A DNA stretch of 64,000 nucleotides from Lama guanicoe. Its lineage: Eukaryota. Below the pieces are notes generated by a model. That model was not told the origin of the DNA. It worked only from the letters and a program-made list of their open reading frames with translations, and searched no databases. The stretch lies in NCBI GenBank assembly GCA_013239625.1, contig MU056050.1, positions 6,587,838-6,651,837 of the forward strand, read 5' to 3'. Both the position numbers and the translations under genes were made by a program. Below, in pieces: positions 16,411 to 30,545 of the stretch; the first letter of the stretch is position 1, and each line of letters opens with the position of its first letter.

Positions 16411-17388
16411 ATGGTTCTGTATCTCCCAGAGCCCAATACAAGTATGGGAACTAAGACGTTATCAACAAATACTTGTCGAGTTGTGCTGAATTTCAAACCA
16501 AAAAAATGGGAATATGTGATGAGAGTTATCACTGGCCTATTTTTACTCTCCTCCTCCTGAGGCACATTTCCTCCTTACACACAGAGATCCTCTCCTGGAG
16601 GCAGACTGTAAGTGTGTGAGCAAGGACCAGAGGAAACACGAAGAAAGTGAGCTAAGGTAAAAGGCTTACCTTGTTGGCTCGGGGATTAAGCAAGCTGCTG
16701 TCCACTCAGAGCAAATGTTTAACCCTGGGTTACCTTCACTGCAGGTTCGGAACAATCCCTGTGAGAGCCTCCCCCTGCCACCTCACCACACGCACGACTG
16801 CATGGGGGGTGCAAACTAACTGTACGACTAGGCTGAGAGGTTTGTCATGAAAGTGAACGTAGAGTGAACTTGCAAAATGACTTTTGTGGCTTTTTGTTTG
16901 CTTTCCTGCCTTTTTTTTTAACAAAATCCTTGGTCTTAGTTTGCTTTTGTCTGATTTACTTCCTTCTCCTAAAAGACAAGGGTAGGTGCTGGCTAACTGA
17001 GTTCAGGGTAATTAAGGTCCTTGTATATCACCAGCTTGTAGATTACCTCCTTTTCCACTGTTCCCTTTCACTGGTACAGATAATCAAGAAGTGAATTCAG
17101 AAACAAAAGTCACCTCCACTTATTAGGGACCCAAAGGACACAGGAGAAACATGAGGCTCCATTTCACAAAGAAGCCAAGTGAAATTACCACACTAACAGA
17201 AAACAGCCATCTTCCTCATCACTGCCCATCTCTAAAATCACTCTTGAAAATAAAGAAGTGACTTCTTCAGGACTCAAACTGCCCTGGCTGTAGTCTCAAT
17301 GAAAAGCCTTAGGAAAACCAGAGCCATCTGATGGGCCACCAAAGGGAGTTTAAATTGTTTTATTAGCGGGAAAAGATACAGAGAGAGT

Positions 17389-17391
<3 letters not shown>

Positions 17392-17432
<41 letters not shown>
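17392..17432. repeat. (AC)n microsatellite
   Basis: Read directly. Confidence 0.97.
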
Positions 17433-17433
<1 letters not shown>

Positions 17434-20400
17434 TAATGCTGTCCCCATGCACAGAAGGACAAACTTAACTAAGTCCCATTAAGTCCCATTCTGACACCTG
17501 CTTGTTGACGGGACAAAAGACAACTTAGATTTCAATTATGCTACGCCATCAAGGATAAAGGTCTCTGTAATCTCTACACAGACTGTCTTCTGCACCTGCT
17601 AAAACAATCCACTCTGTATGTCAACAAGTACACAACAGGCCCATTGTATTGTTCTCCAGAGACGAGGCTACTGGCAGCCAGTTGTCACTAGTGAGTGGGT
17701 GTGGCTGGGAAGGCAGATGTGGGACCAGCAGGCCTTTCTACCCCGAGTAAAAGGAAACTTAGCCAGTGGCTAAGACCACTGTGAACTACAGCCCATGCGT
17801 CTGTCTTTAATAGTTATGATCAAAAATACCCCCACGCCAGGTTAGTTCCCTAATTGCAGTAAGCTAGAGATCTGTCTTGGAGAGGAATAAGCTATGTGAA
17901 GATTTGGTGGTAATTCCCACCAAAATCAACCTTCAAGTCAGGAGTAACCTCAAACATCACTAATTTGTCCCAGTGAAAGACTGGATTTGTCGTCCACAAA
18001 TATAAGCTGTTTTTGAAATCCCGCAGTACTTTCCGTCTCTATCACTTCTTGGAATGATGATACTCCTCCTGAAACAGAACTCTCCTTTGTCTTCCGAGTA
18101 CCAAGAGGCCTTCCCCCTTGCTTTTCTCCCTTGTGAGCTTTATAAATGCAACCATGTCCCCACTAAGTCTTCATTTCTGCCACCTGAAGAGACATGATCG
18201 TTTTAAGCCATTCTTTACCGACCTATTGATTGGACTAGACGACAGGACTCTCACACGTCTCATGGGCCACATGGTGGTACTGACCAGCAGTAACCAGCAG
18301 TGCCAGGCTGGGCTGTGTGTCATGTCCCATCCCCCATCCCTAGCACGCTAGTTGGTTGGAGAGACAATGATAATGACACAGACTTCAATTCACGTGAAAA
18401 AATTCAAGAGATTCATGACTGGAGCTAGTAAGAAACCAGACAGCTTTCACGGCAGGGCTGCCTCATAGACCAGCAGTGTGGACTGGTGTTCTATACTCTG
18501 CTTCTAAGTCTCCCTAATAGCTTTCTTGTCATGTTTTTTGTTGTTGTTCTTTTATCAGTGCAATCAATCAGCCAACAAGTATTTATGGGTCTAACAAATG
18601 AAGAACAAGAGAAATAGGAGTTAATTTTGTTGGGGAAAACATAACTAACATATGAAACAGCTAAATAAGGTAAGACTAATAATCAAGTGTTTGGATGGTG
18701 ATTTGGACACTAGGGACTGTAGTGGTCAGAGAAGAGCTCTCTTGGGAAGCTGGTGGCTGCTTGAAACTGCTCCCATAGCAGCCATTCTGGGTGGCTTTAA
18801 GGAAGAGCTGTGCTTGGAACAGCAGGAAGGGCCCAAGGATTAGAGCCCTGCAATGGCCCTTGATCCCACATAATAGAAATAAGCCTTTGCTATAAGTCCT
18901 CCCTGACATAGATGGCTGTCTGTCCTCTCACATACTACCTACCTCTAGAGCTTAGTCATCGTGTAGAACCACCCATAAGACTGGTTCAAGATTCTTCTGA
19001 TGATACTCAGAGTCTGCTAAGAGGGAAAAAACTTCCTTGGACACAAAAACAGAATTTAAAATCAGTTTCCAGATTTACTGCTATGTGAAGGTCAGAGGAA
19101 AATGCATAACCCTGTTTTGCTCCAGTAGCAATGGGGAAAATCAACCAAACAGGAACACTTTGAATTTGGAGGCAATCAGCCATCCTCTCACTGAGGAAGG
19201 CCGAAATCTCTCCAGGCAAACCTGCTAAAGAGTTGGCAAGTTTCAGTTATAATAACAAATTTCACATTTCAATTATAACATATTTCAAATGTAACAAATA
19301 ACAAATAATAAAGTTCAATTATATTATCCTCTTGCACAAGAACTTAGAACGGTTCCTCCCTGCTGGATATTAAACCCGAAACTCCTCAGGCCAGTATTCT
19401 GAGACCCTCCATTAACTGGCCTTATCTAATCACCATCATAAGGTTCTTGTCTTCTCATTGCCCCATCCCAGACACATCCCCCTCGTTACCCTGAGTTCAC
19501 TAGCCTCTTTTTACTGCAAGAGGCATAAGGTGCCTCCTTTGTTCTTAAACACAATACCGGCTCTGGCATCTCGGAGGAGGAAGAGTTAGGACTCCCCTCC
19601 TTCAACAAATATCTCAACTGATGTCAGCATACTAGGGGACATCCCTGTTCTTTGTGCTCACTTTTCCCAAAATAGAAGATCACTATGCTCAATTAAGACT
19701 TATTCTCAGAAGATGGACACTGATGGTGCGAAATTTGTTACCACAAAAGGTAGTAGAGGCTGAACATATACCGATGAATTCTGAATGAGAGAACCATAAA
19801 GAATTGTCAAGGGAAAGCACACTATTTCAGGAGACATAACCCAATCCCTCTTCAGGGGATGTGCTTTATCAGAAAGTTGAATTGAGCTAAGTACTGTAAC
19901 AGATTGGTATCAAAGAGGCAACTATGCCTTTCTAAAACTGTCATTTGATTGGCCAAGTCACAGACAGAATCTTGGGCTAGAAAAGCACCAGACTGAACCT
20001 CCATAGAGCAATTCTCCAGAGAATGCTCTCTTGGTTAGAGATCATGATAAAGTCACTTTCTTTCTTCCTAATCTCACCTAAGGAATTCAGAAACCTGGAC
20101 CTTGTCACTATAGACATGGATATTCTGCCATGTCACAGTCTGGCTTTGGTCCGCGTAGCCCTGTGTCTCCTCAAACCTGGTAACTTTGTGTTGTCAGATT
20201 GCCTCCTTTCTTCCGCCTCTCCATGGGGACATGGTGCCCCTTACATCATGATCACCCACAGAGTAACAGGGCAGAGAGTACACATCACTTACTTTTCCCC
20301 CAAGCCCTCCCCATCCCGGCAGCAGGGACGAGGAGTGGCTACAGAGGTGATGAGCCCTCGTAACTCACAAGCTTGCTTTCTAAGCCCACACTTAGAGATG

Positions 20401-21829
20401 GGCTTCTTTGTTCCTGTTAAGGCTACCAGAATGCCATGCTAGAATGCTGTTAGTGTTCCACAAAGATGCCTTCGTTTTCTGGGAACATGAGCTAGGGAAG
20501 CCAAAATAACCTAGAGTCCACCAGGTAACACAAACACAAACTAGCAAGAACCCAGAACATGCTGGTCCAACATCTGGCACTGTGCACAGCTTTAGTAATC
20601 TGAATGTCTTCAGGATTCTGGATTCAAAAGGTAGCAATAAGATGAAGGGTCGTGTTGTATAGAGGCACTGGCTGGCCAACAGATCTTGATGAAATAACCC
20701 TACTTCGATAGACTTGGTTTCCTCACCTGCGAAATGAAGTGGCTAGTCTCGAAGGCCCCTTTTGGCTCTACCACTCTATGATTCTGTCAGTTAAGACTGT
20801 TACATTTTAAGTGCATCCAGAATGTATCAATTCAGCAATATTTACTGATCACCTACTTTATGTAAAGCCTGGCAGAGGGCACTCTGGGGGCCACACAGAC
20901 ATAGAAGATAGTCCCTGACATTGAAAGAGCTCAAAGTGTAATAAACACAGAATGCAGAAATATAAGAAAGGTCATACAATTATGAGTTAGATGACTGGTA
21001 TGTACAATTAGTCCCACGAATACAGAAATTACTAGAAAAGTTTCACGAAGGAAGACTCAAGAAAGGACTTGAAAAAGAGGTAGAATTTGAAAAGGCTAGA
21101 AGTGGAACAATTACTAAGCAGTGCTACAAAGCTTTTTTCAGTTCATCCAATTCAATGACTCGTCTGTACATCAGAAGCACCCATGAGGGTCAGTCCAACA
21201 GGGTTTGATAGTGCCTTGATATGATTTCCTCTATATACAGCACAGTGAGGCAAAAACACAGACCAGAGCAGCAAACTACCTCTACTTCAGGGGTCGAGAG
21301 TCACACTGTCATTCTTGCCACAAGAGAAGTCTCAGGATCTTGACCCCACCAGTGATCTGGTCACAAAGTTAAAAGACACAGCTAGGAAGCTACTTCCAGG
21401 GGACAGTGCACTTGGTCCCCTCCCCAAGCTTTATCAGGAAGTTGAATTTGACTGAATACCACAATAGCCTTTCAGTAGCTGGACAGCTCACAGGTTGTCA
21501 GCGTTGCTCTGCTATAGTGTCCTGACATTCCCGGCCGAGCTGCTTATCACACAAGCTGGACAGAGTTTGGGCAGAAAGGACTGAGACTAGTTCATGTGCT
21601 CAAAGCTGAAACTGGCATACACACTCACACTTCCTAAATCCTACACCCTAAGAACAAATTAGGAAATTCTTTTTTTTTTTAAGCATTGTAAAATTTACAC
21701 TCTGCTTCTAAACTCAAAAACATTTACTGTAGATACAGTTCCATTTAAATACGGCTACCTACTGGTAATCTTCTATCCTCTCCTTTTCTGTGTGTGTATT
21801 TCAATCTTCCAGACAGACACAAAACTTAT

Positions 21830-22020
21830 ATTAGATAAACAAGATTATACTGTATAGCGCAGGGAAATATATACAAGATCTTGTGGTAGCTCACAGCGAA
21901 AAAAATGTGACAATGAATATATGTATGTTCATGTATAATTGAAAAATTGTGCTCTACACTGGAATTTGACACAACATTGTAAAATGACTATAACTCAATA
22001 AAAAATGTTATTAAAAAAGA
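21830..22020 (+). mobile_element. 5'-truncated young L1 3' end
   Basis: Highly similar to the reverse complement of 36116-36290 and to 215-400. Confidence 0.85.
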
Positions 22021-24998
22021 ATTATATAGAATTTCAGACTCTCAGAGTTGCAAGAGGCTTAGTGATAATCTAGCCCCATTTCCCATCCTGGGCAGGAATC
22101 CACTCGGTGACAGCAGCCCTGAGAGATGGCTACTCAGCTTCTTTGGAAACACTTCTAACAATGCAGAGCTAACTAGCTCCTGGATAGACAACCTTTTTTC
22201 ATTTCACGTATTCAGCCTACTGTCTGTCCACTAAAAATTACAGGTCCCTCCTTTGAGAAGTCTAAATGTGTAAAGGCAAAACCCCAAAATAAAAAGACGT
22301 CCACTGGCACTACTAACACTGCATGTTTTTCATCAAGGGGCGCCCACACGCCTGACCAGATTTCTCAAGCCATCTGGCCGGCCCAGGGCTGTGCCACAGG
22401 CAGCTATAAATCACCTCGCACTTGTTCCTACGCACCTGCTGCAAGCAGGACCCTGTTACTAAAATGCAAGTCCAGATGTGCCTCAAGATCTGGACTTTTT
22501 TCCTCAAGACCAAAATGCCGCAGCCAGAGGATGTGCAGGCTATGCTCCCGGGCAGTTTTAAGAATGAAAACAGCCCTGTGTCACTGAGGGTTCAGACGCC
22601 CTCAACTGCCTGAAGGCAGGGGGCTAGATCAGCTGACTTCCTGAGGTCTCCCTAAGTTCTAACACCAACGAAGAAGCCCATATTCTGCTCCCAATGCTAT
22701 CCCCCACCGTGCGGTTGGTAGTAAATTATAGACCCCAAAGAAAAAGGTCGACCAGAAAGACTTCCTTCCTCAGAGGCATGCTGGTGTCCTTTGTACAGCC
22801 TGACGTTGGTGAGGCAAATCAGCCGCCACCTAGAGAGCCTGTGTGTCTGCATATGACAGACAGACAGACAGTCGCACATATGCACATTACTTATTCACAA
22901 ACACAGATTCCACCATTCTCAGTAAAAAGGATTCATCGCCAGGGTCCTCTCCCCTTTGGTCAGATGCAGACTTCCCCATTCCACTCCTCAGCTAACACGG
23001 TTACTTCCTTCTCCCCTCCCCCCTTCCTACTGCCTCCGCCAGCCCTTCCCTCAAAAATATTTACTCTACCACACAGACCGCTGAAACTCAGGGAAGTTTA
23101 CAAACAACCTCACCCTTCATATCTGAGGGCAAAGCACAAGAAATAACTTGGGGGAAAAAAGTCATTTTGGTAGAAAACCCAACCTGCCTCAGTCAAAAAG
23201 TAACTTGACTGATTATAAGCTTCATGCCACAGGCAGTTTTCTTCAGAGGCCTTCAGGGCCTAAGTGGAACAGATCCAAATCAGACTCTGTGTGGCTCCCA
23301 GATACAAAAAGGGCCGAATGCCAGTAGCTCCAAATTTCAAGTTCCCTTGGCCAGTCAAACCAGAGGCTTCCTGGGCCCAGAATTACCAGCTCACTCAGGG
23401 CTAGAAACAAATCTCATCTCTGTTTTGAATGGTTCCAACAAGAAAAGTTTAACCTTAACGGGGAGGGGGTGTTGGTGGGTGGGGAGTGGATGGGGGTGGA
23501 CTAGTAAAAAGAGCCAGCCATTCAGCAAGAGAAGGAGTGAAAGAGAGAATGAAAGAGAGCAGAGCTCAGCTCTGCATTTCCAAAAACAAGCAAGGCAGGA
23601 ATGAAGCAAAGAAAACTTGGAGAGAAGGGTGAGAGAGGGGAAATATTTTTTAAATGTTATACATATGCCTGCCTGCCTGCACACGCTCACTTGTACCAAA
23701 CACAAGGACACACACACACACACTTAGCCATGAACTCAGACTAGAGAGCAGCTAAGAAGCCATCATCAACCTGCCTGACTTTGCCAAAAACTTCACAAAG
23801 TCGGCAGCATCAGCGGCAGCAGCAACAGAAGTGCCTTCGACAAACAGGTCCTCCGATCTTACTTTCTTAGCCGTGTTGTAAAGTGGGTCCTCCTCTCCCC
23901 CTGCTGTTACTCAAGCCAGCTGCAACCATCAAAAAGTCTGGCACGGTAGCCCAAAAAAATCACTCTTAACACTGGGTAAGCCTGAAGCCCTTACAGAAGA
24001 ACAAAAATGAGCCCCAAGAGACCAGAGCTCATTTTAATTACCCATGAAATTCTGGTCAAAGAACCCTCTCCTCTGTCCCCTGGCCACGCCCCACAATGGG
24101 CGCTCCATTTCCAGGTCACCTGAGTACATGAATTGCAGCAAGCTCATATCAGGTGGGGCTCACGGTCTACACACACCTCTTGGCTCCCCAAAGCCTTCCT
24201 GGTAATAATCCCGAACCAATTAACATTGCTCTCATCCCTAGAGTGTACAGCATTCTCAGCATACCCAGGAGTCATGCCACAGCACCCTAGAATCCAACTG
24301 GCCACCTCCCTAGAATGGTGACCTACACAGACTTCAGACAGTGGCTGTAGTACAAGCTATTACATCACCGAAAAAATAACTCCAAGGCTGGTATTCGGCA
24401 CACACAGAATAGAGAGTTGTTTATGTTGAGCGATTTTGAGTAAAAGAAAGAGCAACTCACATTTAATAAGCACATATGTGCCACACACGCAGCTAGACTG
24501 GCACAGCTGAGGCTGGAACCAATCTGCAGGTTCCCAATTCAGTTGGATTTTCAATTTAACAGCTAGCTAAGAGCTGAGCCCTCAGGAAATAGGACCCAGA
24601 GTAACAGAATAGGTGAACATCATGGGGTGGAGTTAACGACCATGAGGAGTGTCCCCAGGCTCAAGAAGGGTGGGGAAGAAGCAGCCTGTCACTAAGTGCC
24701 TAAGGAAACTACTGAAAAGGGGAGGTGAGTAATAAAGACAAACTCCTTTATTTCCCACGTGTTCCGGGGTGGCCCCAAATCAGTGCTATAAAATTGGTAT
24801 CAAAGGATTTGGTCTTTTTCGGAAGCACATACTCTGCTATAAGCACAAAACAATGAATTCAGTCAGTATGATCTATAGACATTGCTCAAGAGGACAGTGA
24901 CAGCCATCCAAGGACTGTCCAGCAACTCCCCAGAAAGAAGGTTCTTCCCCTGGTCCCAAGGAAACCATAATCATGCAACTCTAATCAGTGGAAACTCA

Positions 24999-25268
<270 letters not shown>

Positions 25269-26267
25269 TCAAACATCATCAAAAGTCCAATCTCTGACCC
25301 TAAGAAAAAGCACAAAAAGAAAAATAAAATGAGGCAGGGACACAAAAACGTAGTTCAATCTTCCTTTCCCAGAGGCAGAAAGATGAGCACTGCCTGAAGG
25401 GGTGGGGGTAAAGAAACGGGAAAGTTTATTTCCAATCTGTTTTTGTCCCTTTAAAGAAGAAAAGGTTAACGGTTCTGAAAAAGAGAAGGGGGCTAGTAGA
25501 CCTTCTTAATTATACCCCTATACTTCCAATACTGATGATTTGATTATCATAGAACTTTGGAACTAGAAGGGATTTTATAGGTGATAGCCCCAACTACTTT
25601 GTTTTGGAAATGAGTTAAGTGAAGACCAGAGAGAGTAAATAACTTATCCAGGGTCACAAAGCCACAACACTAAATCAAGAAACAGGTCTGCTGACTTTCA
25701 GTCCAGGGCACTTTGCACTATACCGTGTTGCTCTATAATCATCATGAAGAGGACTCTGAAAATAACAGTAGCATTTCTTCCTTAAGGAGCCATTCCCTCC
25801 CCTCTTCCACTTCTTCACCTTCTTTCTTCAATTAGTGACTCGAATATGAATCACACCAGGGGACAAGTCATCTTCTGGCAGAATTAGGAGGTTCTGGACA
25901 CGTTGTACACAAACCCAGGTTGTATTTACTCAAAACAGATTTCGCCTAATCAAACCCTCCTAATTTCCTGAGTCCGGGAAATGAACCAATCTTGCTGGTC
26001 TAGCCTAACATTTGTGGGAATCTTAAGGAAACCACATCGCAGACCTATAGGTGAAAGGCTGACTTAAGCAGGAGGGGTTCTGGAATGGCTGGGGGGAGGA
26101 GGGGCTTGAGGGGGTGGCAGCAATTAAGAAAAGTCATAAAGATGCTTTCTGGGACATTTCAGAGAAGTATCATCTCCACTAAGCATCCTGAATCCCCAGG
26201 CCCAGCCTTTCTCCGTCACGGCCACCCATCTCCTCCACTCAGGTGTGGTGCTGTGGCCTCTACTTAC

Positions 26268-26360
26268 TGATACCACATGCCCCGCGCTGGCCAAGAATGA
26301 GGCGGAAGCCTGCAGCCTGACTGACTGATGAGAAACAACCAACTCGAAATCATTCCTGGG
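26268..26360 (-). other. ZDHHC9: Probable ZDHHC9 5'UTR exon
   Basis: GTAAGT donor at 26267-26262. Polypyrimidine tract ...CCCTTTCCCTCTCCAG acceptor, with an alternative AG 5 nt downstream. Confidence 0.7.
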
Positions 26361-26499
26361 CTGGAGAGGGAAAGGGTCCAAAGAGAGACTAGGAGCTGAG
26401 CAGGGAAATGAGGAGGTGGAAGGCTTGGGAAAGGGGAGGAGGCACTGGAGGCGCAGAGAACACTTCCTTTGTGTAAAACTAACCTGGAAAACAATCTCC

Positions 26500-27260
26500 T
26501 CCTGATAAACCGGCCCAGCGGGAGAAGAGAGACCAGGAAGGGGAGTCGGGCCTGGGAGAACAAAGATCAAAATCCGTCGAGAACCAACAACCGGCCCAGC
26601 GGCCCCGGGCCGGAGGCCCGAGTCTCTGGCGGGCGGGCGACGGGCGCGGCCTCGGGAGGCCCGCCCTGCCGCGGCCACGCCGCCGACCACGCCGCCGACC
26701 ACCGCCCAGGGCAGGTTGGGACGCGCGCCACCTCCGCACGCTCGTACACACTCACACACGCCCCGCCACGTGTAGTCACCCCAGGCCAGGGGCTGGGCGG
26801 CCGCCGAGCAGAGAAGGGCAGGGCCAGGGTCCCCGCGTCCCGGTGCAGCGGAGGGGGCGGTAGCCCACCACGCGGCCGAACCCCGGAGACCCCCACCCCC
26901 ACCCCACCCCTTGTTACCTGAACCCTGGAGACCGAACTCGGCAAGGAACTGAGGCCAGAAAGTGCACTGTCCCAGGGGACCGCGTCGGCCGCCCGAGGTG
27001 GCAGAGACTTCTCCCCAGCCCGGAGGCTGCCTCCTCCTGACAAGGGGCCCCAATGGTCGGGGCCCTAAACCAGCTGTGGCAGCCGCCCACCGCTGGCCGA
27101 ATGGAACGCTCCTCACGTCACCAGGTCGTTCCAGTAGTTGCTCGCCCTCCATTGGCTGATCAGCCTCGGAGCCTCCGCCCCTGCCACCCCTGCTCCGAAC
27201 GACCACTGGCTTTCCTGAACGCCACTCTACTATGCCTCCGCCCCACACCCCCACCCATCT
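26500..27260 (-). promoter_or_regulatory. CpG-island promoter of ZDHHC9
   Basis: Very GC- and CpG-rich. On the minus strand: CCAAT (27155-27151), GC boxes GGGCGGAG (27180-27173, 27243-27236) and CRE-like TGACGTGA (27120-27113). Confidence 0.88.
26918..27090 (-). other. ZDHHC9: Probable ZDHHC9 first (non-coding) exon; 5' end approximate
   Basis: CAG|GTAACA donor at 26918/26917 inside the CpG island, just downstream of promoter motifs. Confidence 0.6.
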
Positions 27261-29744
27261 TCCGGCTTCATGCCCACCTGCCAAGCCACTGCCAGCCTCC
27301 CTGTGGGGTCTGAGTGCCAATACGTGAAGTGTCGTCTTCTATTAATACAGTTCCGCAGAGACTGTGGTGAAGGGTAGGGCCGATGGAATCAGGACGGATG
27401 GGGGACCAGCCTCCCGCCACACGCATGGTGAGACGCTGAAGCAGTACTGGCTTACAGATCCGGGTGCTCAGCCCAAACTAGGTCCGCCCTGGGCCTCTTC
27501 AGCCCTCCTTGCATGAAATCAACGGCGACTCAGGATTTTACTCTTCACCAGCATGAAAACAAATCCTCTGCCTCCCAAGTCCCATTCACTAGTTAGAGAC
27601 CCCACCTCTGTCTATCACCCTGGCCTACATCTCTAAGGCTTTCGGAACAAAACAAACAAACGTAAAAAGGAACTCGAAAGGGATAACTGTCCCCAGGAAC
27701 ATGGAATCATTCTGCAGTATCGTAAAGAAAAAATTGACAGTGGCGAGGTTAGAGAAACTCTTCTGACAGGACATAAATTCTTCCAGGTAGGTAATGAAGT
27801 AAAGATTGCCAAAAATCTTGTGAATTATTAGCTTTGAAGAGCTTGTGATAATGGAGCGGGGAGGGAGAGCGGGGATTCAAGGCAGAATCTCCACCCACCA
27901 GCCACATTGATTCTTTCCTTTTGCCACCTCTCTCCGCAGTTATTGCCACAATGAGCCACTGCTACTGATCTGAGTGAGTTGCATCCTTTAGAAGTTCAAG
28001 ATTGGAGTGGGGAAAACAGTTGAGAACCATAGCATCAATATTATACAGCAGATTTTAAAAGACATTAGGTCTGTTTCCACTAGTATGGCTCTTGGCTTCC
28101 AAATAAAAGGGAAAATATGAGAAAGGGCTGAAGGTGGCTTTTTACCTGTCACACTGTTGGGGAGAGTGCCTAGGTTGTCAGCTATTTTCCTGAGCTTGAA
28201 TAAAGTTTCCTTAGGGTGAAGGTATTTGCAATTAATACAAAACAGACTGCCAAAGCTCCTCCCAAAGCAGTTTTGTGTGTGTGTGTGTCAATGGAAGGAC
28301 CATATACATGGTCAAGAACTATTTCTCCTTTTACAGTATTTGGGTCCCACGTGAGATGAAGCAAAATGCTATCTAATGATGATTACATTTGACACTTTCA
28401 TGGCACCTTTCAATTAAAAATTTTAAAAGATTAAAAGATCACTAGGTAATTCTCTTATGAGAGAAATGTGTTATAATTAATTTTGGGGGATAGTATGTCT
28501 TTATAAAGCTTCTATTGTTCCTTAGCACTCATGCAGATTATAATCATCGATTCAGTCTTAATAAACCATATGATCAGTATCATTACCTCCAGTTTCCCAC
28601 TTTGAATCCTGGAGGGTTCATTGCATGCACTTGATATGGAAAGGAGAGGAACTTCCCTCAGCTCCATCAGGCCCCTGGGTTCCCAAGCCTCTGTACACCA
28701 GATGCCCTTAGAAATGATACAGTCAACCTAGCTGCCATTCCCCTGACTGGGGAGCAGACAGAAATACACCTCCGTATCACCCAAACATACTTTGCCCATA
28801 TCTCAGGTGCAGGTGAAGCCTGGGGAGTCCTGGAATTGATGTGTCACAGCAACGCATTCCTGAGCTCTGCCCCTCCCTGCTTTGGGTCACATTCCCTCTG
28901 GGATTAAGTGGCTGTTTTATTACAATCTGTTATTATTTGTGCTCACCTCTAACAGACAAATAAGGAAAATGTATATGGGCAAACATTCCATGCCAATTTC
29001 TTCAATGATGTCATTATACCACTTAATATAATCCCCAAAGTCTTAAGACACATACTCAACTAAATCGTAGCTATAAACGAAGATTTTTTTTTCTTTTCTT
29101 TCTTCTCTTCTCTTTTCAACAAACCCCTAGACTTTATGCATCCAAATCACTGTTGACTCTTTTGAAGGGAGTTACAGTCACTTGAAACACCACTGGAATA
29201 AAGGTATCAGCTTCCATTGTGTGGTCACAAACATTCTGATGTGCTTGTTTAAAACTTCCTGTCTCCACATTTATGGTTGGTGTGTGAGTGTGTGTTCATG
29301 GTGCATAGGTGTAAAGTGCTCTTTGAACAGCCTCAGATCCTGAGTGCTGCCACTGGGTTGCAGCTTGCCGGTTGCATTGCTCCCAATATCTCTTCTGTAA
29401 ACACTCAGAGACCCAGTCAGTACTGTATCCAAGAACCGATCCCAAAACTTTGTCCCTGTCCTACATGCAAGCTCTTGATGGCCCTTTTTTTTTCTCTGTT
29501 TACTTTCGCCTCAACCCTTCCAGGTCCCCTTGCCCTCCTCCCTACACATGTCCCTTCCCGCATCATTTACCTGGGCTGCTCTCCTCTCCTTACTTTCTGG
29601 CTACAAATAAACATGTATTTGAGGAATGAATGGAGAAGCAGAGTTCTTTCAACCACGGGACACCTCTTCACATGTGACCAACTAGTGTTCTTAAGCAGCA
29701 GCTGTTTCTCTGAGGCCTGGGCTGCTATCACTGGTGCAGAGGAG

Positions 29745-29945
29745 GCAGGATGGTACGCAGAGTAGAAAACTTGAAAGCTTTGTAGCCAGACGGACATCGG
29801 TTCACATTCTGGCTCAGCTACTTGGTAGCTTGTGTAAACTTCGGCAAGTAATTTCTCCTTTCTGAGCCTATTTCCTCATCTTTAAAACATCTACTTCATA
29901 CAATAACAAATGTCTGGCATATAGGAGAAACACAATCAATGCTGT
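29745..29945 (+). mobile_element. MIR SINE
   Basis: tRNA-like head and TTTCCTCATCTTTAAAA core. Confidence 0.7.
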
Positions 29946-30389
29946 ATGTTATAATGACGTCTTTAGATAACTGCCCTTTCCCACCTCTCTTCTTTATCTG
30001 CACTGCCGACTAGGGGATAGAAAGGCAAGACGGAGACCCATTCTTCATGTCGTTGAACCCATGTCATCCACGTGCCGCATGTTTACATAGCCTCTAAATT
30101 CGTCACTGAAGTTAATTCTTATCTGACTGGCCACTTTGTTTCCCAATCCCCGGGTAATCCTACCCCAGATTGGGAAAAGCTTGGGCTGTGATCTTGTTCT
30201 AGTTGAATGGCTGTTCTCTAGCACCATCGTCTCAAGTGAATCCTCAATATGACCACCACATTATCTGTTTCAACAGGTGAGAGATCAGCGGCATCTCTTT
30301 CATTACACGCCTTCTATGTTTACATCACTTTGCTGGGATTGTTGGCTCCCATCAGAGACTGAGAAGCACCTTTAAGATGCCACTGTGTG

Positions 30390-30545
30390 GCTGCTCCTCG
30401 GAGATGGCCTGCACTGTCTATGGAGTGTGTATCTACTTTTACTTTAACCTGAGCACCCAACACCCTCATGCCTTTCTCTTTCCTTCTGAGACAGCCTACA
30501 CTATGTATCTCTCTAAATAAATCTACCTTTACTCAAAAAAAAAAA
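30390..30545 (+). mobile_element. Short polyadenylated retroposed insertion (LTR-like 3' end)
   Basis: TSD AAGATGCCAC(T/C)GTGTG at 30374-30389 and 30546-30561; AATAAA at 30516-30521; poly(A) from 30535. Confidence 0.85.

Noticed and set aside
26124..27320. 398-aa ORF and overlapping ORFs in the CpG island
   Set aside because: Low-complexity G/A/R/P-rich translations are expected from stop-poor GC-rich DNA. It does not start at an ATG, has no recognisable domain, and runs across probable splice sites.
29277..29765. 162-aa ORF (likewise 22694-23146 and 20023-20442)
   Set aside because: No recognisable domain or splice structure; consistent with chance ORFs.
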